DNA of 56,542 bases, counting the filler, from Platydemus manokwari (Eukaryota), in NCBI GenBank assembly GCA_037951405.1. It is 4 parts of 4 records of this genome, joined end to end, with 100 filler letters (N's around TTAATTAATTAA, not from the genome) between each part and the next. Parts side by side here need not be neighbours in the genome. Positions count along the whole stretch, not along the records: positions 17,956 to 27,857 come from JBBMOY011191210.1; positions 27,958 to 46,414 come from JBBMOY010411110.1; 2 more parts are not named here. One strand, 5' to 3'. Below the pieces are notes generated by a model that searched no databases, was not told the DNA's origin, and saw only the letters and a list, made by a program, of their open reading frames with translations. Of the stretch, positions 23,476 to 36,600 are shown piece by piece. Position numbers and translations under genes: made by a program. Positions within the stretch are counted from its first letter, which is position 1, and the number at the start of each line of letters is the position of its first letter.

Positions 23476-26280
23476 CTAAATGACATTTATTATTTATGAA
23501 TCAAATAAATATTAATTTGTGAATGTTCGGCTCGATATTATTTATCAACAACAACTAATAGTTATCCATAATGATGTCAAAAACAACCACAGTTTATCGG
23601 TAGTTCAATTGTCAAACAAAAGATGAAACCAAATAAGTATTACATTTTCTTTTAAATGTGGATTCGAAATGGGTTTCTATAAATTGCTAATGATATCTCA
23701 AATAAATAGAATTCGAAAGGCAAAAAATACAAACATGAGTGCTATGGAAGGATATAATAAATTATACTGAAATGCGCCAGAGAAGAATACCAATAAAATA
23801 ACATTAATGCACAGAGAGTATGAAATATTTTTTAAAAAGGTAATTAAAATCAATTCAATGATAATCGAGAAAAGGTTGAATGATAAATCAACAGAACGGG
23901 ATATACGAACATTTTTGTAAGACTTTGAATGAGCATTGACAAACGATCTTATGGTCTGACAATAATAAGTTGGATTTATATTCGAGAAAAGATGATTGTT
24001 TACATGGTGATGTCACGATTTCATTGGATAAAATGCCTGTTGCATCCATCGTAATAAGAAATATCGAAATAATCAAAGGTTTTCAAGGACATAAGAGATC
24101 ATATTCTTTCGATCAATTATTTATAATAAATATTTCAAACTTTTGTCAAAGCGATTTTGTAGATTAAAATTCGATTGATAAAGAGTTAAGCTAATTATAA
24201 CTTTGATATTCAAATGGTTTGACCTATGAATTTATAATTTATCAGGGAGGTTAGAAAGAGATTTAATGTTTTATATTGATTGGTTTTTACTTATCATTAT
24301 ACTTAGCGTTTCACTTATTATTAATTATTGTTTCCATCAGCTATTTTCGATAGGAAATGCAAACCATAACATAGCCTTAAGATGAATGTCTGGATATTAT
24401 GCCTTCTCTAAGTGATAACATTGGAATATTCATAATTCTTGATGAATATTGAAATTATATCAAACATAAAATTCATGATATATTCATTAGAATACAACGT
24501 GTCACTCATCAAAATAGTTTCTTGAAATCACAAATAAAAGATAATAAAATTAAAGCTGTTTCAATATAATCTCTTCTGTTAATCAAAACTTCTTCTGAAG
24601 TCATTTTCAGTTGTATATAATCAAATCAATCTGGATTTACTCTGGGACAGTTTTTGCAGTATTTTGGGTGCTATCTCAAATAGAATATGTGCACTTATAA
24701 GCCACGAGCAAATTTTATAAGAGGTTATAATGAAGTCTCAGCGAAGATTTAGAGTCAGATCTGATTAATACACTATATGCGAGTAGTGAGTAATTCGAGG
24801 GTATATAAAACCAGTGTAACAGCGGATTATCCCATGTTATCAAGGCAAAATTATATCAAAATATGACTTGAGTCATTATTGTCTAAGCTTGAAATTTTTA
24901 TAAGATGATAAACCACTTAGAAACTGAAAGGTTTTGGAAATTATTTAAATGTTCAAAGATCTGTGAACCAAATCATATGGGGCCAGCGTAAATTACTGTC
25001 AGAAATAATAACGTAAGAAATTCAGTGTGAAAATTTTATATATTAAGAGTCCTAGTTATCAAAGATGCTTTAATTAAAAAATTTGGTCATGTTGTGGTCC
25101 TTTATTACCATTTGATGTACTTTCAGAATTTTAACTTATATCCTCAAGATCCACACACCATAAAGCATTATATCGTATTTGACAAATAGATTTTACACGA
25201 AATAGATTCTACAAGTCTATAAATATTAGCATGAAATGCTGCTGTCAATGATGAGAAGTAAATCAATGATTAGTAACCAATTATTGGTATTTACAGAGAA
25301 AAATTCATTGAATTCATTAGATTATTATCAGAACTAATGAATTCACGATTAATTAATTATTGATTAAACACTAACCCATAATCGATAATAAATTATCTAA
25401 TAGGGTATTTATTATTCTTCTAACATTAGTTCATATAATTAACCAGTAGGCGATCTACAGTTTAGTGAGTAACATTAAAAATTCATAAATGCTAATCAAA
25501 ATCTTATTTAGTTTTGTTTTGTTTAACAGAACCAGGTATCGAGGAATATTTATTAATAATAATTTTATATTTTGAGTAAAATTATTTACATGGTTTGAAT
25601 TTCAACATTTAATTTTACCAAATGGTCTTCAACGCAGTCTATTTCGACAGATGTGAATTATAATTTTCAACTATAATAATATCACACGTATAAGAAATTA
25701 TATTTGGTATTTATCGATATTGATTATATTTTGTGATAATTATTGATAATAATAATATTGTTACTATCATTATTTTCCAATTTTCTGTCTTTGAGAGGAT
25801 TTTATATTTCATAATGATTTTTGATTATTATAATTTTAAAGAATTTTTTAATCAAAGAAAACTGAAAAATTATTATAAATTTTCAAAATATCTGCTGGTA
25901 ACTTCAATTGTATCAAAAAATGTTGACCACTAAATACCCAGTATTACCACATAATAACTGGTGTTTCATGTAGAATTACGACATCAATGTTCTGAATTAT
26001 TGTTTCTATGTTTGGCATTTATTCTCCAATATACATCAATTTCATCAAACATTTTTCTCTATTTTTAACTAAAGTCAAATTAAATGTTACCAATTCAGTT
26101 TCCAATACAATGTCACCTTAATAATTATGCTACACATCAGAAGATATTCACATTTGTAGGCCCAGCAACGCATAGAGCTATTTATTTTTTTTAAACAATT
26201 TTTACGAAATATTTAAAATCTACGAATAAAAAATTACTGGGGAAATATTTATGATGCGATTGTTAATGTTGCGTTAAGAA

Positions 26281-26490
26281 TATTATTGCTATTGTCGTGA
26301 TACATATGTTATTGATATTCTTTTGGTATGACTTTTACTAACATTCTTATTGTACTAATATTATTAGTATTGCTGTGGTATTCTGATCTAAAATTATTAT
26401 TATTGTTATTTCTCTTGTTATTGATATTATTGTGGTACAAATATTATTGATATTCTTATGGCATAAATATTATTATTATTTTGTGATAAA
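26281..26490. repeat. Degenerate ~26-27-bp minisatellite (approx. ATTATTGATATTNTTGTGGTACAAAT)
   Basis: Consecutive units such as gttattgatattattgtggtacaaat / attattgatattcttatggcataaat / attattattattttgtgataaa. Confidence 0.55.
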
Positions 26491-27737
26491 CATTTCAAAA
26501 ACCAGATTGGTTATATTATAAAATATAATGATAATATTTTAACATGAATACTGTTTCTGTGGATTTTAAAATTTCTATAAATTATTTTTAATCATTTTAA
26601 ATAAAATATTAAATTATTTAAATCTTATTAATAATTTGTTTGAACATTTGGGTTCAATATACACTTCAGTGGGATGGATTTCTTAATTATTCATTTTTAA
26701 TTCATATTAAATAAAAATATAGCGACAGGCACTATTTTTGCAATATATTTTATAAAATGACTACTATCTATGAAATACTAAATTCTAAATGTTAATCGTC
26801 AAACAAATGACGTGGAAAAGAAATCATTCCATTAAAATTCTCCAATTGGTGTAAAGATTAATCAATAATGATTACGAAAATAAAATTCTAATTGTCAGCA
26901 AATTATAATTAAATATTATATCAACAAGCACAAAATCAATATTTATAAGCTACAAGACAATCTACAAGACATTTTAAAATGATATCTACATGGATGTCGC
27001 CGTTCATTGTCAAATGTGCTGACGCGTATTGTTGGAATGATTTACACATTTTGGTTTTTTGCTTTCATTTATCGTGTCAAATAAGCTCTATGTTTTATTA
27101 TTGTTGTTATTTTCGTTCATATCTATCACCTTGAATGATTTTACATCTCGCAAATTAGCCTTTCATTTCAAGATCGTTGACAATATGATATTCAAGAAGT
27201 TTATGTTGGCCGAGATTTATTAACTTTGAAAATACCGATTTCATATAATCATTACGTGCTATAAATTGTGATTACATAATGTCGTACATTGGAGAAACAT
27301 TTCCAAAAATTTAAATGTCCAATGTTGTCATTTTGAAGGTTGATCATTCAGGTAACGCAATGCCATTAAGAAAATAAAGTTATATAAATGAATATTTGTG
27401 ATAAATTGTTAATAAAAAGTGACTTTTATCATTTGATTTTCATATTTAAAATGATTCATTCCAAAAATATTTATCTTTTCGTTTCTGTCATAATTCAAAG
27501 ATGACAAAACTTGGTTCGGTCGGCTATATATTTGATATTATTAATCACAAACCATTTCCTCATAAGTTCAAGCTAAATACCGATCAGTAACATCACAAAA
27601 TGAAAATTCATTCGAAATTCACATAAGAAAACATATAATAGATGACCGAATCAACTAAATATTTTGTCAATATAAAAAGGTAAGAAAAAGTTTAACAAAA
27701 AATGTTTGGAATACTCAAAATATTATTCAAGTACATA

Positions 27738-27857
27738 TGTGGCCTTGATTATGAAAGTGGTATAAGTCATATATTTCTTTTTTGGAGATATTAAAGGATT
27801 TGCATGTTAAAGAATTAAAAAATATTTGTGTATTATGGAATGAAATATTTTGACAAT
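27738..27857 (+). repeat. Young interspersed repeat end, copy B
   Basis: Starts TGTGGCCTTGATTATG and runs to the contig edge; near-identical to copies A and C. Confidence 0.9.
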
Positions 27858-27957
27858 NNNNNNNNNNNNNNNNNNNNNNNNNNNNNNNNNNNNNNNNNNN
27901 NTTAATTAATTAANNNNNNNNNNNNNNNNNNNNNNNNNNNNNNNNNNNNNNNNNNNN
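27858..27957. other. Artificial contig spacer N44-TTAATTAATTAA-N44
   Basis: Same 100-nt structure as at 17856. Confidence 0.97.
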
Positions 27958-29894
27958 ACATTTTCTAATAAATGTATGAAAGTTGTGTTTATCAGCAGTA
28001 ATTAAGTTTGTTTGAGTGTTGTTGGATTCATTTATTCTCAAAATATTATCTATTGCTAGCTGTCAAAAATCATATTCATGATGTTTAAAATGAAAAAATC
28101 ATAGGTTAAATATTTAGAAAAATCCGATAGCAAATATTGAATCACGTGATATCAATAATGATGTCGACAGTGTCTTTCTTTTGAAAAAGGTAAAGTGCAT
28201 TAAAATAGATAAATCCTAGTTGTTCCATATTAAATTTTGTAAATAATGCAGTCGTGAATAATCCAGAAATTACTTTGAAGTTCATTAACAAAATAAATAA
28301 AGGAAATCTATCTAATTTTGATTGATGATAAAATCTTAATGATAAATAACGCACTTAAAATTTATTTCAATTTTTTAAACATTTAATAACATTAAATTAA
28401 TAATCAAAAACTAAAATGATATTGCTGTTATTAATATTGTGAACACCAATCTTTTATTTTGTAAATATATTACTTTTGTTGCAATAAATTTATCATTCTG
28501 CAAATAAAAATTTATTCAAATCTAAATAGTTAAAATTGGTATACAACAATAAATCAATCAATTGATTATTTTAAATTTTTAAATAATTATAATGTAAAAT
28601 TTATATAAGCTAAAAAATTCAAATGTTAAATATAACTAATAATAATTCTCACATTGAATCTCAAATGTTGTCAGTTTGAGCTCCTTGGCGAGTTTCTCCA
28701 ATTCTTTATCTGTGTTGGATTTCTGTATGTAAAACAATAAATGATGGATTAAAACCAGTTAAAAATAAACTCAACTGTCATTTAATAATTGTGAAATCTA
28801 TATTGAAGTAAGAGCTTCTTATTTTTATGATATACAAACAATAATTTGACTAATTGAAAGATTAATTAGCGCTTTTAGATTTGTTATTGTTAAGTTGAAA
28901 TATTTGGTTGTTATGTTTGCAGAACTTCTATACAATGTAAGCTCTATCAAATTATAAACTTCAGCAACTTATTAAAAAGATAATTCTTATATATTAATTG
29001 ATTATTATCAAATGAGTCGATTTTAGCAAGGAACATATTTGTTTGTTATAGAGTTATAATTGAGTAATTTAATCATTAATATAAGGGTATGGTGATTTAA
29101 TCATTCACAATTCTATCAGTTCATTGATAGACCTGTTTAGTAGTATTTTCTACGGTATTTTATTATCCATCCATTTGGATAATTCTCTTACAGTGAATTT
29201 TAAAATACGGCTATTGAATGCAAATTTGATATAACTAACTATTTGAAGGAATGCACGCGTGTAATTACATTTTGGTTCGATATCAGAATTTTCTTCTTAA
29301 TCATAATCATTAAGAGATTCAGAAGCAAATGAATGGTTTTAATCAGAGTTTCCTCAAATGGTACTTTGAAAGTTATATTTTTTTATAAGAACTTTCAAAG
29401 AGAAAAGTACTAAAAACTAATAAAAATACGCAATTCTGACAAACCCATTACTGAGTTGTGTCTGTGATTCCAAATACTATTGTGGTTTAGTTTCATTGAC
29501 TGCATTTAATAAGTAATGATTGAAGTTATAAGTAAAATTTGAATAGTTATCTAAACATTTTTTGAATCGCTTTGTATAATTTATCTTGAATACCAGTGTT
29601 AAGAATAATAAACAGAATTTGAATGAAGATCAATTATCTCTCACCAACAGACGGATCGACACGATGCTGTATATATGAGCAATACCACTGTATTACCTTA
29701 GAAAGTCAAAATTATGGATCCGATCTTTAGTCTCTCAGATTATCTTGGTGTTGTATACAAAAATTCTACTTGTTGATATTGGTAAATGAAACTATATTTA
29801 TGTTTTTAATTAAATAATTAAAGGTTAGACGATTTATTAAGGCTAATTAATGCATATATAAATATTAAAAATTCGACGAATTTCTAAAATAAAA

Positions 29895-30480
29895 TAGAAA
29901 ATGTTCAAGTTTTACTTTGCCAGCAGATAAGTCAACAGATATGACTGTATTCGAGGAAAAAGATCAAATATAAAGAATAAAATATTCAGATATCAATCAG
30001 AAGTGATTATCTCAAACCTGTAACAAATATTTCAGTTCACTAATCTATATTGTGTTCGTATGAATTGATATTTTCAACTTTCAATGAAATGAAAAATTAA
30101 AAAACAATTAAGATTGCAAAATGAAGATGAACTGTGAGTTGATTTTTCTGAAATAAGATCTGATATAAAAACTGAAAAGATCGCTGATTCACTGTGATTT
30201 CTTAAATATAATTTGCATTTGCACTCTACCAAATATTCTAATAATTTATTTGTGTTGAATATGGAAAAAAACTCACAAAAAATAATGACTACTGTCATGC
30301 TGAAACTTCTATTTCTATATTTTCATACATATCTACACACTCATGCAAACATGATCACCGTCAAGTTAGAAACATTACAGAAAGATTTTAATTTGACTAA
30401 ATACATGACTACATGATTTCACACATAGAGAAATTTATCAATCACAATTTATAAGAAAATGACTCTGCACTCACTTTCAA
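29895..30480 (+). mobile_element. hAT (Charlie/Buster-type) transposase relic, internally deleted
   Basis: KCSSFTLPADKSTDMT (~29900-29946) matches the FxLQxDESTD first-Asp motif. It is followed closely by dimerisation-domain-like LQNEDEL*VDFSEIRSD...MLKLLFLYFHTYL (cf. ALKxLLPFxTTYLCE). Confidence 0.6.
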
Positions 30481-31698
30481 TTTTATTACCAGGTAGTAAT
30501 GAATAATCTCATTCATAATTTTGCTACATTTCAAGAATTTCTTTAAGGTCACAGTGCATATATTTGTTTTTGCAAAAGCTTCGCGTTCATTTATCTAAAA
30601 TTTGTTATACGAATATGTTTTTCTGTTTATATTAATTCTGTTGTTAAATTTATATGATTTATATTTAAAGTTTGGAAATAAAAATCGATGTATTTTATAT
30701 TAAACAGCATATAATTTGATATTTATTATTTGACTTTAATTTATTCTACCCATTTAATATTTGGATATGTATCAACAATATCTAATGTACAGTCTATAAC
30801 CATTGTCAGATTCTGTGAAGAATACTATCAAAACTTACAGAGGTACATACACAATTTGCCAACAGATTACTTCGGCAAATGTTGTTTAAATTTATTTATC
30901 AATTTTATATTGACCAATGAATTTTCTGTGTATTTTGTCACGTAGTGATGATGGAATTCAAGCATCGATGATAAATATTTTTATAGTAACCGTTGAATTT
31001 GCCTGTGTAGCTAAAAATCCAGAATAAATGAATAAATTCCACCACTTAACTGATCCTTAGCATATTAATAGGTTGCTGATATAAATACTGATATGATATA
31101 AATAACTAATAGCAGGTAAAGATTTATTTAGGATTCAAATAATAAAGTGATAGTAATAAAAATCATCAAATGTGCAGTCTATTTGCACTTGTGCAATTGC
31201 GATGCCAGAAGGAATATGAACAACCTGTTGTGTTAACTTATATTATGTAATTCTGTGAAAAAGGTCACAAATTAGATTTTTAATACAGATAGCATATGTT
31301 GTGTGTTAGCTTTAATTCGGTATTTATGGACAGATTAATCTCCTCTCGACCAATATCCGTTTAACAAATACGTTGGGTTCTGTATTTAGAATTTGTTAGA
31401 GTAAACAATAATATCATCGTGAGATCTGCGGAATTTTTTAAAGTGATTATTCCGCTGAATGATTATTATAACATTCACATTTGTTATAAAAATGAATATC
31501 AGTATCAGATTCCAAAAGGTTATTTACTAAATTTACATTTACACAATCGATGGTAATATCTTTTATTGTTTTATCAAAATTTCAAATCAATATCACTAAT
31601 GTTTCTAACTTGATGGTGATCATGTTTGCATGACTGTATAGATATGTATGAAAATATAGAAATAAATTAATTAATTAATTTTTCATACGACTGAATTA

Positions 31699-33000
31699 TT
31701 GCGTTGGTGCATAAATTCGTGTGGTTTTATTTGCTACCAAGAAAACACTTCAATTTCTTACTATAAATGATTTGAGTTATATTCATTCAGCTGAATTATC
31801 TATTTAAATCATTTTAGACTAACTTTCACTTTCATGACCCTCATTAAAATGGAGTGCCAGGTAGATAAAACGTACATTTCCAGCATCTACTCCTTTTCTA
31901 TTTTAATCAACATTTAAACGCTGCAGAAACCACCAGAATAATTTGTTGTGTTTATGGAGTAAAGGCAGTCAGTGAATGAAGAGCACATAAGTGGTTTACG
32001 AAATTTAACAATGAAAACTTTGATTTAAACGATGCACCTCGATCAGGCCGACCTAGTAACTTTGGTGAAGACTATTTGAACCAATTGATTCATGATGATC
32101 CACGTCAATTGACACTAGCAATTTGACAACTCATAGATTGTGATCACACCACTATTTGTTGACATCTCAATAAAATGGAAAAAGTTCAAAAGCTTGGATC
32201 ACGGTACCTTACCTTCTGAAAGAAAGTCACAAAAATCAACTTGTTTCGATTTCTGCATTTTTACTAGTTCGTCATCAATCTTTCCTTTCCAAGATCGTAA
32301 CAGGTAATGAGAAATGGTGTCTGTATGTAAATTTGAAACACAAAAGAGCTTGGATAAGTCCTTAAGAAACCACAACCACGTGCTAAAACCGGAGTTCACC
32401 AACGCAAAATCTTGTTGTGCATTTGGTGGGACCAAGTTTGTGTTATTCATTACGAAATCTTGCTAAGAAATTAAACAATCAATGCCGAACTTTATTGTGA
32501 ATAACTCAAGCGAGTAAACACTGCAATCAAAGTAGAGAGGACCAATAAGAAGCAGATAATTTTACAGCATGACAATGCTCGGCCTCATATCGCCACAATG
32601 ACAAAGTTGGCTATCGAAGAGCTTGGTTTGGAAGTTCTTCCCATACTCCATATTCGCACCACTTATCCCAAACTGATTTTTATATTTTCGCTCCATGTCG
32701 AACCATCTTCCTGGTCTCACATTTGAAAACGAAGAAGCAATAACAACGTTGATTGAAGAATTTTGGACCAAAAATCACCAAGCTTCTTCAAACGCGGGAC
32801 TGCCAAACTGCCAGAATGGTGGAAGGAAGTGATCGATTATGGCGGAGAATAACTCACCGATTAAGACTGAGATATATTTTTTTTCTAATGATTTCATAAA
32901 TTCATTTTGTTAGCTGAAATTTTTTGCATGGTTTTTATTCTTGATCAGTATGCATTTTTCATAATTGTAAAAATCCGCACGAACTTATGCACCAACCCAA
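31699..33000 (+). mobile_element. Full-length (1302 bp) mariner (DD34D) element, transposase inactivated
   Basis: TIRs TTGCGTTGGTGCATAAATTCGTGTGGTTTT and AAAATCCGCACGAACTTATGCACCAACCCAA, each flanked by TA. Transposase starts at ATG 31849 (MECQVDK...), with DAPRSGRP, VTGNEKW (catalytic D to N), LQHDNARPH and PYSHHLSQTDF (YSPDLAPSD), ending ~32864. Multiple stops and frameshifts. Confidence 0.95.
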
Positions 33001-33678
33001 TATAACTCAAACTTTTAAATTATTTGAATGGAAGGCAGCTTACCTACAGTAAGCGTGACTCTGAAAAAATTCATTTATTTCAAATATAGTTTTTAATATA
33101 TAACGTAATATCTTCAAAATTATAGATAGTAAATATATTTTACTTAAACAGATAAACAGTTCGAGAGATTCGAACTATTTAAAAGCTTTTACCATTGTAC
33201 ATTTTTAATAAATTCGTCTCATTTAGCGAAGTCAATTCTGTTGTTTCTGAAAGAATTTCCACCATTTTTGTGTTTGAATATTTTATATACTACCAATTGG
33301 TGCGCTTCAAATTCGTGCTATTTTCAAATTCGACTATTATCATGTTTGTTTATTTTCTTTTATTAATTTGCTGCCCTTACTATTTATTTAATCGTCAAGG
33401 AAATTGTTTGATTGCCGCGGTAACTTCGTCCGCATTTATTGCTAGTTTATTTTATTATTATTATTAAATATAATAAAAGTCATCCATTTCGTTATGCGCA
33501 ATGCTATTATAATTCGGAAATTGTTATTTTAACATTGACAATGTTTTAAGACTCTATGGATAACATGAAATTATTGTCAAGTGAAATCAAAGCTAATTGA
33601 TTCAGTTAAATTTATCAATGTGAATAAAATCAATGCATGATTATAATAATTCCAAATGTCTATGAAAATTCCAGCCAA

Positions 33679-36600
33679 TTAAAAGCCAGCTTCATGATAA
33701 CTGGTCAGCAATGATAAAAGCGAAATGTTACTTGGATTTTTCCAATTTGATTTGATTACATCAATCCAACAAACCTTTTCTGATTCATGGTGTTCTAAAA
33801 TCTGAAAAAACAAAAGTAAATTTTAATAACTTTTTTCAAAAACTGAATCAACTTAACAGACTTCGAAAAGTGATCATGACAAATGAAAACAATCTGATGA
33901 TTATCGATTGGAATATCAATATTTTAAACTCCGAGCGCTATATATAACTAATATAATAGGACTAACATGAAATGGGATTAAATAAATTAAATTAAAATTG
34001 ATCAATAGCAGTTTATTTTATTATTGAAGACCAAAAGATAAAAGAACAAAGGAAAAAATCCATAATTACTATCCTGAAATAATCAATTGAAATTGTTAGA
34101 CACTCTACCAGTGTTCAATCAGAGATCTATGGATTAACTGGTCTTGATTGGGCATACATAGTCTATCAATACACACAAGCAAAAAGGTTAAGACCACAAA
34201 CCCACCGATCAATATCCATGAATCAAGATCCAGTAAATAAACGACAAATGGTAATTCAAACTGTAACATGAACACAACGTGCGGACTTACACCTATAAAT
34301 GAAACCATTTCTCAACGGAATTTGCCAGAATTTTTACTCATTAACTTGTTGATGAAATTTAAGATTCATCTTTGTATGAGAAACTTTGTTCGGGCTCATT
34401 TTAATAATGATTCGTTAGGATTTGTTATATATGCTATATAAAAATGCTTTGATATTTAATTTTATTATAGCTTATTAGATTATAATTTTTCATATTTTAA
34501 TTATTTTCATTATTATTATTATTATTTATGTTATAATTTATTTAATTATTATTAATATTATTCATTAGTATTTGTCTTTTAAATATATGACCATAAATCA
34601 TAACCTCTAAAAATGTTTGAGTGAATTCGAGATTGTAAATTTGTTGAATATTAAAAGCCACAGTTTCCATCCACGAATTATCGGTATTTCTAAAATCATC
34701 AAGATAACCACGATAAATCTGCGGAAAAGAAATTATAAGTTATTAGAACTAAATTTCGAAAACATATACATCATTTATTATTGCCGTATTTAAAGCCTTA
34801 AGTTCTTTTTCCTTAGCCAAGGCAAATTTATCTGAGACATCTTTAGAAATCATATTGATATATTCTTTAATAATTGCTTTCAATAAATCTGTGGAGCACG
34901 AATCAACAAGACAATCGGAATTGTGTTGAACAAATATCTGTTGAGAAAAATATCTCTTTCAGCTGGGGTTTTTATTAGAAAAATGTGTCTTACGAAAGGA
35001 ATTTCGAATTGTTTACGACATTTGATCCCGGCTACTTGTAAAATCGGCTTTCCTAGATGCTTAACAATATTGTCTTTATCATCCCGCTTCCAACGGGATA
35101 TTAACAGATGAATACAATGATTGGCTCCCCAGAATGGTAGTAGATATTTTCCAATTTTGTTGAGAGTTTTATGAGGATTTACAGGAACTCCGAATTCTTC
35201 ATCTTGAAGATTCTTCATAAACCATTCTTCATCTGGAGTCAATTCTTTATTATTAACAAATTCGAACTAATCAATGAGATGTAACAAAATGGTGTGACAA
35301 ATACTAAGGCACCTTTAAAGGTTGATTATCATTGGATAATGGCACTAATCGGAGAATAAAATGATTTTGTACGGTCTTTATCCACAATCTTGTTCCCGAG
35401 TAATTAGAGCTTTCCTTAATACTAGATGTCGATCCGATTGATTGAGTAGGTCTGGATTTTTCAACATTATCCTTGCTTGTACTGGGAGATGCCTTTTCTC
35501 TAGTATCCTTAAACTGTCCCACCGAGTTATTGGCTTTTGCTAACAGTTATTAATGAAAAAGAAAATGTTGGGAATTTTTTCAATATACAATTCTCAAAAT
35601 TAAAATAGAAACTTTTTCAAAATTATTTTTACAAAGTATTTAAATAAAATTTAATAACTTTAAGTTTCATTATTATTGAATCGCTGATATTTTCAACGAA
35701 TTGATCATTGATAGACCGGTTTTTAATTATTTTTATTCATCAGAATCGAGCATAAAATCTAAATTATAATTTCATTAAGCGTTCATTGGTGGATTCTATC
35801 ACGTGAAAGTTTCATTCATCACTGCTTATCACTACTGGTCTTTGAACAACTATGGTAATTGAATTTTAATTTTATATAAGCATATTCGCTAAGACAATAA
35901 AGAACATTACTATCATTTTTATTAAACTTCTGATTATTATTATTGTTATTATTTTATTAGAAGTTGGTTCTATAAATGATCGTGATAACAGATATCATTG
36001 TTAAAATAATCTGATACTTCAATACATCTAAACATGAAATGATAAGCACAAATGTTATGCAAAGAGAAAGTTCAATACTAACTCAATCTTCTTGCCCCCA
36101 GTTTCATAGATAAACTATTTGTCGAAGCTTTCTGGAAAATTAAATATTAATTTAATGAAATGTCTAAAAATAATTTCACTGAATAAAAATTAAAATTAAA
36201 ACTATTTATGTTTTCATTGATTTTAATTATAGAAATAGATTGAATTATTGATTCATTGAAAATAAAATTTAGTTTCTTGCCTAATACAAGTGATATATTG
36301 TAAACAATACTATACAGGCTCTAAACGTAAACAAATATTTAATTTTTTAAAATAAATTAATCGAAACCAAACGAAAATTAGTTCACTCGTCTTACTTAAG
36401 AACTTTGCACAACTTTCATATTTCCTTCTGACCTCGTAAAATTCATAATTTTTATTATCTTAAATCAAGTCTTTTACCATTTGTCTAATGATTACGAAAT
36501 CACCACAGATATTTCACACAACAAATTACCATTTCAATTTATTGGCACTTATTAGAATAAATAATTTTAATTTCATTCGGTTCTTTATTATTTAAAATAG

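Noticed and set aside
23888-24167. Overlapping ORFs as the missing 5' PA exon of the RNF gene
   Set aside because: No signal peptide, no ALIxRGxCxF-type PA motif and no suitable splice phase.
17956-27857. Contig 2 as a complete gene-sized chromosome with terminal inverted repeats
   Set aside because: The enclosed RNF gene lacks its 5' exons, no telomeric repeats are seen, and the other contig ends lack the repeat. Assembly breaks at a high-copy TE explain it more simply.
32199-32771. Minus-strand ORFs of 83 and 69 aa
   Set aside because: Antisense to the mariner transposase pseudogene.
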